A stretch of 56,329 nucleotides of DNA, taken from positions 1-56,329 of the IMG/VR virus record IMGVR_UViG_3300031718_000014, one strand, 5' to 3'. Shown piece by piece: positions 42,288 to 50,888 of the stretch. The translations under genes were made by a program, and so were the position numbers. The DNA comes from a virus. Taxonomy: Duplodnaviria; Caudoviricetes. Within the stretch, counting starts at the first letter, position 1, and each line of letters begins with the position of its first letter. Below the pieces are notes generated by a model. That model was given only the letters and a program-made list of their open reading frames with translations, ran no database searches and had not been told where the DNA came from.

Positions 42288-44750
42288 TTACTTCTCTAAG
42301 GGTTTGGGTATTACTTTACAAATCTCGACTGCTTCAGCAAACCACTTCGGAGCGAACTTCTTGAACTTAGGCCAGAACCACTCAAAGTGGTCGTCAACCA
42401 CTAAGACCTCCGACCAGTCGTCCTCGCTCCTAGTACTTCTCCCTGCCATCTGAACGATCTCCTGCATCGCTTGGTACATAGGATAGTCTCTGTCCCGGTC
42501 GCTGCGAGCCTTGGTGACTAAGTCTCTAGTGTCTGGGAACGGGACTTTGCACAATATCTGCCAGCGACACTCGGAGTCTGGAAAATCAAACCCGGTACTA
42601 ACGCTCGGGCTCACGAGTATGGCCGGGGCTTTGGTCCCTTTAAATCTTCGTATGGTGTCTTGGGAGGACTCTCGTGTGTGGACGAGCATATGCTCTGCGA
42701 ACTCGCTGTTTCTAGCGATCCACTGCGCTCTTTGATAGGAAACAGCGTGGATAATTCCCTTCCCTTGTAGTCTGGGCCTGACGATAGCGTCGATCTTCGA
42801 TATCCAGGCTCGTAAGTGCCCCGGTGTGGCTCGCTTGTCCATGCGTACACTAGGGACAAAATAGACAGGACGCCTACCCACTGGAAAGCTGGAAGGGTAC
42901 TCCCGAAAGTCCACATCGCCATGACCAATACCCAGAAGTTCAAGAGTCTTCGGACGAATCGTGGCGGAGGTAAGAACGACTCTCTTAATCCCACAGAACA
43001 GCCTCCTTTCGGCATAGTCGGCAGGCCACACCGGATCGAAGCGGGCTACTAGGCTCCCGCTGGGTCCTCGCCGCGTCACTTGAAAGACCCAGTCTCCCTG
43101 AGCGGACGATAACTGCGCCAGTTTCCGCTCAAGTTTCTTGAGATGCTTCGCTTGATGCACGGCCCACCGACTGTCGCCGTTATTAGCCAAACCGCCCTTT
43201 ACAGCCGCCTCAAGGTCTTCTCGCTGCGACCGGGCACGGTCCAGCCAAACTCTTGCCGTCAACTTCCATGGTTCAAAGTTAATTAGTTCGGGGAAACGGT
43301 CCTCGTCTACTAACTCCAAGTCGCTAGGGAATAGTTCTACTGCCAGATAGTTACTAAGTTGGTCCAGCGCATCGTGAGCCTCGTCTAGTACCAGCATCCC
43401 GAACGCACCGAGACCGCCGCCGTGTTCCATTTGGTGCATCCAATAGGAGTAGTTGGTAGAGACTAGAGTAACTTGTCTGGCCAACTTCACACGGTCGAAG
43501 TAGACGCAGCCGCTTTCCTTCAACTCGCAGCGAACTCCACCGTGGCACGGTCCTTCGTCGCACTTGATCTCGTCCGCAAAGTCTGTTTGAACATCACGCA
43601 GAGTGATAGTCCGACCGTTCGCTTTGTACAGGCAGGGGTAATTGTTCTGACCACGAACGTCCAATAGACCGCTATCCCCAAAGTCCTTCTCCAACTGATT
43701 CTGCAACCCTCTGGTACTGGTCAGGAATGCGGTACGTTCCCCAGACAATTGCGCCGCTGCCAGATAAGCCAGTGATTTGCCGGAGTTATGCACCACCATT
43801 CCGTTTGCGACAAAGTTTTCGTGCGGTTCACAAGCTATTAGGTCGTATACCTCTTCACTTATTTGCGCTCTCTTGACCCACGATACACGAACCTCTTTAG
43901 GTATCCCTTGATGGAAACTGGTGTGATCTCCATGTAATTTCTGGTGAGCCTCGTGCGTAAGAACCTGCAAGTTATCCAAGTCGTTGTGCGAGCTATCTTC
44001 ATCTCGATGGTGGACGGCAAAAATCTCTGGATCAAGGAATGTTAGTCCTTTTGTATTTCCCCTTCGGCAAACTTCTATGAACTCGTCTATGAATAAGCCG
44101 TTAAGGTTTGCTTCGACAACGATGCAGTGATAAGGAACGCGGTACAACCTGCCTTCCACATGGTTTCCTCTGTGTCTATAAGAACCGGAGTTTCCAGCGT
44201 AGGGATGGTTTTTTAATCCTTGAATTTGTCGATACTGTGCTTTGTGGTGCTTCTTTCCGTTTGATCGCGGTCTTGGTGTATCGCAGATCACTTCATCTGT
44301 GGAGACCAAATCCTCAATGCAAACAAAGCCTCGTGACGTGAGAACCTGATGATCGGGAGTTGCTCGCAATGACTTACCATCACGCAGGGTTAAAAGGACA
44401 GTTTCGCGCCGTCCTGAATAACCTACAGATGAAAATTCGTGAAGTCTTATCTCTTTGCCGTCGAAGCTTCGCGTAAAGGGAAGAATGCCTCTAGCTCTGC
44501 GATTGATATGGTTCTGTTGACAATAAAATTCCTGTTCAATTGTTCGCTGAATACTATTCTTCGCCCGATTCACTTGGACGATAGTGTCCCCAACCACACA
44601 GCCGGTTGGGAGTGCCAGCACCACAAACCGCTTGGTACTCTCAACCGCCCGTAGCGCAGCGTCCTCTTGCCCTGGTCGCCATGACTCAAAGCGTTCTGGC
44701 AGTCCCAACCCACTGGGCTCTGGGAGTATTCCGATGGAACTAACTGGCAA
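42288..44750 (-). CDS. DinG/Rad3-like SF2 helicase containing an intein
   Basis: RPGQ, PTG[intein]SGKS, DEAH, LTSAT, GFDFP, KVPFP, QMAGRSTRSEDD; AGGAG then TTG. Confidence 0.9.
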   Translation of the reverse strand: MPVSSIGILPEPSGLGLPERFESWRPGQEDAALRAVESTKRFVVLALPTGCVVGDTIVQVNRAKNSIQRTIEQEFYCQQNHINRRARGILPFTRSFDGKEIRLHEFSSVGYSGRRETVLLTLRDGKSLRATPDHQVLTSRGFVCIEDLVSTDEVICDTPRPRSNGKKHHKAQYRQIQGLKNHPYAGNSGSYRHRGNHVEGRLYRVPYHCIVVEANLNGLFIDEFIEVCRRGNTKGLTFLDPEIFAVHHRDEDSSHNDLDNLQVLTHEAHQKLHGDHTSFHQGIPKEVRVSWVKRAQISEEVYDLIACEPHENFVANGMVVHNSGKSLAYLAAAQLSGERTAFLTSTRGLQNQLEKDFGDSGLLDVRGQNNYPCLYKANGRTITLRDVQTDFADEIKCDEGPCHGGVRCELKESGCVYFDRVKLARQVTLVSTNYSYWMHQMEHGGGLGAFGMLVLDEAHDALDQLSNYLAVELFPSDLELVDEDRFPELINFEPWKLTARVWLDRARSQREDLEAAVKGGLANNGDSRWAVHQAKHLKKLERKLAQLSSAQGDWVFQVTRRGPSGSLVARFDPVWPADYAERRLFCGIKRVVLTSATIRPKTLELLGIGHGDVDFREYPSSFPVGRRPVYFVPSVRMDKRATPGHLRAWISKIDAIVRPRLQGKGIIHAVSYQRAQWIARNSEFAEHMLVHTRESSQDTIRRFKGTKAPAILVSPSVSTGFDFPDSECRWQILCKVPFPDTRDLVTKARSDRDRDYPMYQAMQEIVQMAGRSTRSEDDWSEVLVVDDHFEWFWPKFKKFAPKWFAEAVEICKVIPKPLEK
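43785..44600 (-). mobile_element. Intein (272 aa) with HNH endonuclease domain
   Basis: N-terminal CVVGDT, block B ATPDH, VYDL...NFVANGMVVHN followed by Ser; VHHRDEDSSHNDLDNL. Confidence 0.93.
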
Positions 44751-44904
44751 CTTGTGTTTGCTCCTGTGGCTTTGGTGTTCCACTGCCTTTGCATCGGTGG
44801 TGCGTTCGCTTGTTCCTGTGATCCACAATGGTTCCGTCCGACCACAGACGTACCAGTCTGCCGCACACGTCGCAGGGTATTCGGATCTCACTTTGAGTTT
44901 TCAT
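44740..44904 (-). CDS. 54-aa zinc-finger-like protein (CDVC...H...CKGSG)
   Basis: TAATG-coupled, GGAG SD; not in the ORF track. Confidence 0.6.
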   Translation of the reverse strand: MKTQSEIRIPCDVCGRLVRLWSDGTIVDHRNKRTHHRCKGSGTPKPQEQTQVAS

Positions 44905-45467
44905 TAGTCTCCGTCTCCTTCGTCCTTCTGAGCATCTCTAGGTGCCACACTGATTCTCTTAGGCAGCTTGATCTTCATCTCTCTGAAGTACCGTTTGAAC
45001 CTGTTATCGAACTCCGTCAGCCATCTGTTTCTCCAGTAGTCGTCATCCATTCCCTTGACCACTTCGATTTGTTCCCGGAGAAGAGATTCGATCTCGCTCT
45101 GAGCATCCCGTTTAGCTAACCTCTCGACACACTGTTCTATCTCCCCGATGTCGTCGTAGAACCTCATGTCGTCTTCTTTGTTCTTGACTAGTTTGAGCAT
45201 GGCGCGTTCCTTAGCCATGCGATTGCTAAACCCCTTGTTTTTGAGAACAGGTTCCAAGTCGTTCATTAACCGCCAGCACGCTACACGGATAAACTCACTG
45301 TGATTAGCGATGGCTCCTTTGATCTGCTGCCTGCATTCGTACACTACTTCCTCAAGTCTCGCTGCCATCCACTTAGGGAACTTGCCGCTAATAGTGATCT
45401 CGTTGCCTTCCCCTTGTCTCACAGGAACCCGGAACGGTTCTGGCGACGGTCGTATGGGTTGGCTCAA
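44904..45467 (-). CDS. Hypothetical protein with RHH-like N-terminal domain
   Basis: ISGKFPKWMAARL...NHSEFIRVAC. Confidence 0.6.
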   Translation of the reverse strand: MSQPIRPSPEPFRVPVRQGEGNEITISGKFPKWMAARLEEVVYECRQQIKGAIANHSEFIRVACWRLMNDLEPVLKNKGFSNRMAKERAMLKLVKNKEDDMRFYDDIGEIEQCVERLAKRDAQSEIESLLREQIEVVKGMDDDYWRNRWLTEFDNRFKRYFREMKIKLPKRISVAPRDAQKDEGDGD

Positions 45468-45655
45468 CTTACCTTCTCTTTGGCTAACATCCCAGCTACT
45501 TGAGAGCGGGACACTAACACCTTACCCCAATAGGTCGTAGAGCCAAGTTTCTTCTCTTTAATCATCTGGTAGATGCGTGCTGGGGTGAGTCCCAATATCC
45601 GTGCTGCTTCCGGCACGCTGATCCAATCGTCGTAATACATACGAGGCATGGGCAC
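45464..45655 (-). CDS. Excisionase-like HTH DNA-binding protein
   Basis: WISVPEAARILGLTPARIYQMIKEKKL. Confidence 0.85.
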   Translation of the reverse strand: MPMPRMYYDDWISVPEAARILGLTPARIYQMIKEKKLGSTTYWGKVLVSRSQVAGMLAKEKVS

Positions 45656-45657
45656 GG

Positions 45658-45686
45658 TTTTTAATCCCGTTCTAAGTTCTTGTCAA
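45658..45686 (-). promoter_or_regulatory. Putative promoter TTGACA-17-TAAAAA
   Basis: Shares the GCTTGACA context with the sites at 34946 and 48929; weak -10. Confidence 0.45.
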
Positions 45687-45746
45687 GCGAAAAGTGAGAT
45701 CAAAGTTCCTTTGGTTTTCCGTCCTGTGGGAATCCCGTGGAAAACC

Positions 45747-45855
45747 GTCTACGGTCTATGGGTCTACGGTCCATGGTATACAGTCTATAGGTAAACGGGG
45801 CCTATATCTACGGTATACAGTCTACGGGTTTACGACCGTTTTGGCCGTTTACCTA
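45747..45855. repeat. Degenerate heptamer array (GTCTACG-like, about 12 units) plus 11-bp inverted repeat; candidate origin
   Basis: GTCTACG/GTATACA/GTTTACG units; GGTATACAGTCTA twice; TAGGTAAACGG/CCGTTTACCTA. Confidence 0.65.
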
Positions 45856-45997
45856 ACTACTAAGATCTTTATAAGAGAACCTGCCTAAAGGGGTAGGTGG
45901 GGTGTTTCTAAGCCTATTTACCAGACATCGGCTTGAAAATCGCTTCTACCCCCCTAGGAATCGCAGGAAACAGGGTCGTACGCAGCGGTCTGACCCA

Positions 45998-46225
45998 TCA
46001 AAACGGTCCTTTGTCCTCCGTTTCGTCCGGCTTGCCGTTCTTAGTGTCCTTCACAGGTGCCAGCAGTATCGTGGTGGGAATGGGTACAGTCTGCAATTCG
46101 ATGTCGAGCGAGATCGTTCCTTTCTCTTCGTCGCGCCATGCCACGCCAACGCGATACCACCGTGTTCTACTGCTGCTTAGCGAGTTTACGGGAACCAACA
46201 CGTTGTAGTCCGGTCGCCTTCCCAT
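45998..46225 (-). CDS. Small DUF736-like/ssDNA-binding-like protein with acidic ..PF tail
   Basis: WYRVGVAW...ISLDI; C-terminal DETEDKGPF. Confidence 0.55.
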   Translation of the reverse strand: MGRRPDYNVLVPVNSLSSSRTRWYRVGVAWRDEEKGTISLDIELQTVPIPTTILLAPVKDTKNGKPDETEDKGPF

Positions 46226-46389
46226 TAGGCAACCGCCCAACAGATTGCGAACACCACCAGCAACGCGACCGCTCCGGCAATCCAGATGGCCCACTTGGTC
46301 TCGGCAGGCTGGCACTGCCACGCTCGGATCATGTAGCTGCGGCTTAGACTGGCTTTGTGCTGTAACGCTCTGGTCTCTTCGTGAGTCAT
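46225..46389 (-). CDS. Small membrane protein
   Basis: GGAGG SD; C-terminal hydrophobic helix. Confidence 0.55.
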   Translation of the reverse strand: MTHEETRALQHKASLSRSYMIRAWQCQPAETKWAIWIAGAVALLVVFAICWAVA

Positions 46390-46586
46390 TCGCGTTTCCT
46401 CCACACTTCGTTCCGCACTTGGAAATGCTCGCAGATGATTTTGGCCTCGGTCGCACTCTGACAGATGGCAATTATCTTTCCCTGGCCCCATGGTACTTTG
46501 TCCCACTGGAACACGTACACGCTGTCCTCTTCTTCGTTTTGCACGTGAAAGACGCACTGCGTTAGCTTGCTCACTAACATTGACAA
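46386..46586 (-). CDS. Hypothetical protein
   Basis: GGAGG SD. Confidence 0.55.
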   Translation of the reverse strand: MSMLVSKLTQCVFHVQNEEEDSVYVFQWDKVPWGQGKIIAICQSATEAKIICEHFQVRNEVWRKRE

Positions 46587-46687
46587 TTCCCTCCGTTTGG
46601 TGGTAAGCTCAGCTTACCACTGGCAATGCGATTGGCTATCCCCTTCACACAGTAACTCAGCGCTTTTTTCCTTCGCTTCGCGCTTCG

Positions 46688-46963
46688 TTACTTCCTCCCT
46701 GCTAATCTCGTTCCTTTGGCTCGTTCGATGGCTCGGCCCATTCTTCCAAGTAAAGTACCGTTCTCGAAATTGGCGGCTACTTTGCAGTTGATGTACTTGT
46801 ATGCGTCCTCCAAGGCTTCCAGCAACTCATCACGTTCTTGCAGTAGTCGAGTGATCTTGGCGTCAATCCGTTCGAGTGTTCCCATAATCTGTGCATGGGT
46901 GTCCAGTTTCAGATCCGCTGCGGTCACATTCCGGGTGGGCTTTCTGTCGGTGCTCATTCTCAT
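46688..46963 (-). CDS. Hypothetical protein
   Basis: AAGGAG SD; ELLEALE...AIERA motif common in small phage proteins. Confidence 0.65.
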   Translation of the reverse strand: MRMSTDRKPTRNVTAADLKLDTHAQIMGTLERIDAKITRLLQERDELLEALEDAYKYINCKVAANFENGTLLGRMGRAIERAKGTRLAGRK

Positions 46964-47080
46964 TCTCCTTGTCCCGATGGTTAGGCCGGTCTCGGGACGC
47001 TCACCGGCCAGAGCGAAAGCCTTCGTGTCCCTATCCTTGTGTCGCCTGATCGGGAGAACAGGACGTCAAGGAATTTCGTT

Positions 47081-48013
47081 CTAGCTCTGTATCGCTTCCA
47101 GTTCCGGTGCCAGTCTCTCGATCTCCTCCCACGGGATCACATGACACCCGGCGTACACGGTCCCATTCGCCTCAACCTTGTCCAGACTATACGGTCCGAT
47201 GTGGAACGTATGACCGTTACTCTTCCACTCTTCGCCCGATTGCATGACTTCCCGCACGAATACCAGTGTTCGCTTGGCATGAGCTACCGGCACTCGTGCC
47301 CCTCTCGATGTAACTACCTCTTCCCCTTCCAATCGGAGCATGGTTGGCACGTCATAGTTCCCGCCGTACCCGTAGAACTGTCCCCCATTGCGGAAGCGTT
47401 CGATAAACTCCTGTCTCTGTCTCTGGCGTCCCTCTTCCCTCAGTCTCTCGCGTTCCTTCTCGGCCTTGTTCGCTGCCGCACGTCTCTTGTCATCTTCGGC
47501 CTTGAGTTTGCGAACCAGGTTGCCATCTAGTGCCGGAACAGTAGGCGGCTTGAATCTGAGTCCAAAAAACTTGGCATACAGATTAGCTTCTGCCGCGAGT
47601 GCCAGAGCTTCTTTGTGATTCCATTCCTTATTGAAAGCGGTCCTGGCTCTGACGCTCTTCAGGGCAAACTCATTGATCCGGCGTCTGTAGCTTTCGAGAT
47701 TGGCTTTGTGTTTGTCCTTCGCGGCGTAGTTATGAGCGAATATCTCCGGCACATTGAACACTTGAATCCCTGCCGGTATCGCTCCGTGTACGTGCGAGAG
47801 ATGCTTTGACGTAGTGACACTGTAGGTTCGCGTGGTGAACATCACTGCGCGTTCCCCTTTGCGCGTCACTATGTCGGCAATGGGGAAGTGACTTCCGTAG
47901 CTGTAGATGGTTGTCCCATGGAAGTACAGATTGCCACTGCTATTCTTGGCGCTGTCTTGCGATTGGTGAATCCAGAGATGCGGTATCTCACTGCTAGGAT
48001 GTACGTGTCTCAT
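47081..48013 (-). CDS. Hypothetical early protein
   Basis: 310 aa, GGGAGG SD; IYSYGSHFPIA, YSVTTSKH. Confidence 0.8.
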   Translation of the reverse strand: MRHVHPSSEIPHLWIHQSQDSAKNSSGNLYFHGTTIYSYGSHFPIADIVTRKGERAVMFTTRTYSVTTSKHLSHVHGAIPAGIQVFNVPEIFAHNYAAKDKHKANLESYRRRINEFALKSVRARTAFNKEWNHKEALALAAEANLYAKFFGLRFKPPTVPALDGNLVRKLKAEDDKRRAAANKAEKERERLREEGRQRQRQEFIERFRNGGQFYGYGGNYDVPTMLRLEGEEVVTSRGARVPVAHAKRTLVFVREVMQSGEEWKSNGHTFHIGPYSLDKVEANGTVYAGCHVIPWEEIERLAPELEAIQS

Positions 48014-48099
48014 CTCACTTTCCTCCCGATTTTAATTTAGAGGGAATGCTCCCTCATCGCACGGTCTAGCAGTAGACCGGGCGACGCGAGTCACTCCAG

Positions 48100-48474
48100 T
48101 TACTGTCTCTTCGCTTTGCGGAGTCTCACGTATTCCCCGCTAGACTCGGGCCAGATTCCCACGTACCGCACACCATGGATAATCGCTCTGACCGATCTGC
48201 GGTAAGTATGGAAACCAAACCCGACTTGCTGTCTGTCGCCAACTTCGCAGGTGTCACTGACTGGCGTTCCCAACCACGTAATCACCACGTACATTCCGGG
48301 GGCAGTGTGCTGCTTGATGTAGAGGTAAAGATTCTGCGGCGCTGTCTTGATGTACTCCAGCTCTTTCGATTCCAATTCCCTATTGTGTTGGTCAACGTCT
48401 TGCGGCGCTATATCCGATCTGCCGCTAGGCGTAAACGTCCCGTGCGCGTTCCCTACATTGAATACGTATTCCAT
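48100..48474 (-). CDS. Hypothetical early protein
   Basis: GAGGGAG SD. Confidence 0.65.
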   Translation of the reverse strand: MEYVFNVGNAHGTFTPSGRSDIAPQDVDQHNRELESKELEYIKTAPQNLYLYIKQHTAPGMYVVITWLGTPVSDTCEVGDRQQVGFGFHTYRRSVRAIIHGVRYVGIWPESSGEYVRLRKAKRQ

Positions 48475-48676
48475 CGCTCCCTCTCCCGATTGCTTCACCG
48501 ATTGTGCGTTCGGTGCTACGCTCCCCGCGTGGCCCTAGTCTAGATTTTAGCTTCTCTTGCAATGCTTCGATCACAAACTCTCGAATGGTCTGTCCCTTGA
48601 GTGCGGCTGCACTCTTGACCTTGCGAGCCAATTCTCCCGGTACGCTGCGGATATTGAGATTGGTGTCTTTGGTCAT
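48425..48676 (-). CDS. Ribbon-helix-helix regulator
   Basis: NLNIRSVPGELARKVKSAAALKGQTIREFVIEAL. Confidence 0.75.
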   Translation of the reverse strand: MTKDTNLNIRSVPGELARKVKSAAALKGQTIREFVIEALQEKLKSRLGPRGERSTERTIGEAIGRGSDGIRIQCRERARDVYA

Positions 48677-48870
48677 ATAATGATAAATGGATTGGCTTCC
48701 TGCGCCAACCCTCGATTAGATATCTCTGTTAGTTCTGCCACTAAGTCTCTAGGGTCGAACAAACCACGGTGCCCTGAAGGAGTAGTAGCCCAAACGTTGT
48801 ACCGACCCGCGTTTGTTATGTCGATGCATCCCAGCTCCTTCAGCTTCTTAATCGCCTGCGCTTTAGTCAT
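48673..48870 (-). CDS. Hypothetical early protein
   Basis: AAAGGAG SD. Confidence 0.65.
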   Translation of the reverse strand: MTKAQAIKKLKELGCIDITNAGRYNVWATTPSGHRGLFDPRDLVAELTEISNRGLAQEANPFIII

Positions 48871-48900
48871 TTTCTAATCTCCTTTGTATCTTGCAGTACG

Positions 48901-48929
48901 TTTGTACCAAACGATACAAATGCTGTCAA
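48901..48929 (-). promoter_or_regulatory. Putative early promoter TTGACA-17-TACAAA with overlapping repeats
   Basis: TTTGTATC/GATACAAA inverted repeat and CAGTACGTTT direct repeat nearby. Confidence 0.5.
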
Positions 48930-49622
48930 GCGAATTATGCGTACCAGTACGTTTTCTGTACGAAGGGAAGGCGAATACGATACTGGAGTAATAGTACGCT
49001 CACTGATTCTGTTGCACTTACATCGGAGCAAATATATTGTGACTGGCGTTTATATTATTCTACGTTTCGATAAACGGGGCTTATAATTAGCGCACACTTA
49101 CATAATCGTTTGCTTACACATCGAAATAGTCGTGCCACGATAGATTAGACATTTAGACAAGTATCTAAATACTCGTGAGACGATACATTGGCCGATGCAA
49201 TGACATTGCGTCCGTTCCTATATAGTAACCTGTTCGCTTCGCGAAAGGTTACTAAAGTGTTAATACACTGGCCGAGGCAACGATAGATCGGGACGCGATA
49301 TAATGCGTTGGCGATTGCTCTGGCGATTTGCCGGACGTTTGGTCTTATGTTCGGGGGACCCTTTGGCCGATTGGCGAGCCCTGGCCGGAACCAAGGCGAG
49401 GGAAGCAGCGAGGGAGCGCGACACCCACCGGGTATGTGGGTGTGTGCTAGTACCAACCCGCTTGGTTATGGCACGGTCGGTGGTCCGGTCGGTGTCTATA
49501 TATTGGATCTATTCCCGCCCGCCACCCCTGAGTCTACCATGCCGTGTCAAGTCATTTGGAGAGCGGGAGGGAGGTAGTTACGCCGAAGGCGTAAGTACCG
49601 TGTGGAGGGACTGTGTTCTATT

Positions 49623-49832
49623 CTACTGAAGCACTGGCTTGTGGGTTGCTAACTGTTCCAGATACTCATTGGCTTCGGCCAGTTGAGCAGCGATCTCCCA
49701 AGCAGCTTGCAGTTGGTACATCTGGATAGTGGTGTGCAACATTCTGGGATCGGCTTTCGTTGGGTCTGGGCAGGTCTCGGCTAGCTTGGTCATCATAGTG
49801 TTGAACACTGTCCTGCACTCTTTGGCGGTCAC
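49623..49832 (-). CDS. Hypothetical protein
   Basis: GTGA-coupled. Confidence 0.6.
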   Translation of the reverse strand: MTAKECRTVFNTMMTKLAETCPDPTKADPRMLHTTIQMYQLQAAWEIAAQLAEANEYLEQLATHKPVLQ

Positions 49833-50269
49833 TCTATCCTCGCGGCACGTCTCGCTTTGCCCATGTCACTCATCTCGCGTTCCACTTCTTCTTCGTGCCT
49901 TCTGACAAACTCCTTGATAACGTACTCGCTCCCAGGGTGCCTCTCCAACCACGTAATCTCGTGATCCAACGCCATGATGTCCTCATCCAGTTGGTTGGCC
50001 ATCTGGATCTTGTCTTGGCGTCGCTTCCGCAGTTGTTCGGCCATAGTAGGCACGTGGGGCTTGATGTCTTGTGCCGGTGTCTGTGCTTGCCAGTTGATTG
50101 GTTCGGGTTTCGGTTCCTTCTTCTTTCGGTTGAACATTGGGTCGTTAGTCCTTTCCAAGTGTTCTTGGTATAGTCGCAGCGCTTTCTGCGCTCTCGTTAT
50201 TGAGTCTATAGCCCAGTCGTCCAATGGGTCTGCCGCAACGGGAGCAAAACCGCTGAGGTCTGCCGTCAT
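49829..50269 (-). CDS. Hypothetical protein (start uncertain, up to 50314)
   Basis: GAGGG SD before ATG 50269. Confidence 0.6.
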   Translation of the reverse strand: MTADLSGFAPVAADPLDDWAIDSITRAQKALRLYQEHLERTNDPMFNRKKKEPKPEPINWQAQTPAQDIKPHVPTMAEQLRKRRQDKIQMANQLDEDIMALDHEITWLERHPGSEYVIKEFVRRHEEEVEREMSDMGKARRAARIE

Positions 50270-50332
50270 ACTTTCCCTCTTGGTCCCGGTGATCCTGTGG
50301 GAATCTATCTCCATCTACTTTGCACTGGTTCA

Positions 50333-50587
50333 CTAGAACTTCGGCTTATCCAAGGTTATTTGAACTGGTTGCAGCGGCTGGTTAAACGTGGCCACGGTCA
50401 GGTACAGTCTACCTGCCAGTGCTAATTGCAACCGCTCTTTCCAGCTAAACTTCCACAGAGTGACCACTATCCCCTTGTCTTCCGCCACAGTTTTGTCTCT
50501 CATGCTTTCCACGCGATCCAGCTTAACAGAATGAGTTCGATGGCCATAGCACCGAGCATCAGGAATCGGTACTTGGCATCCAGCCAC
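50333..50587 (-). CDS. Hypothetical protein (WKFSWKERL...PLQP)
   Basis: C-terminal part looks coding; start uncertain. Confidence 0.45.
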   Translation of the reverse strand: MAGCQVPIPDARCYGHRTHSVKLDRVESMRDKTVAEDKGIVVTLWKFSWKERLQLALAGRLYLTVATFNQPLQPVQITLDKPKF

Positions 50588-50633
50588 TCAGTGATCGGTT
50601 TCCAGTCCATCCGAACCTTCCTCACACCGTACC

Positions 50634-50888
50634 TCATATCGTTACTCTGGACATCCAGTGATGTTCTTGCAATGGGTACGGTGGGTTCTCCTTAATCTTA
50701 TTGTTCGCGAAGACGATCTCTCCATCCAGTAGGGTCTGATCTACGATCACAGTGGCATTATTGAACTTGGAATTAGCCTGAACGTGCATCTTGCTGGCAG
50801 TCTGTCCGTTCAATCTCATCTCGTCCGGCTCCGAGTACCCGTAGCAAATCTTCTGGTAAGCCTCTTCGATTGCGATTAGGTCGATCAT
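50634..50888 (-). CDS. Hypothetical protein
   Basis: ATGA-coupled. Confidence 0.6.
   Translation of the reverse strand: MIDLIAIEEAYQKICYGYSEPDEMRLNGQTASKMHVQANSKFNNATVIVDQTLLDGEIVFANNKIKENPPYPLQEHHWMSRVTI

Noticed and set aside
45464-45655. Excisionase implying a temperate lifestyle
   Set aside because: No integrase, att site or CI-like repressor recognised; this HTH family is common as a generic regulator
45747-45834. CRISPR array
   Set aside because: Units are 7-8 nt, degenerate and have no spacers
49145-49629. ORFs listed in the large intergenic region
   Set aside because: No SD, atypical composition, mutually overlapping on both strands
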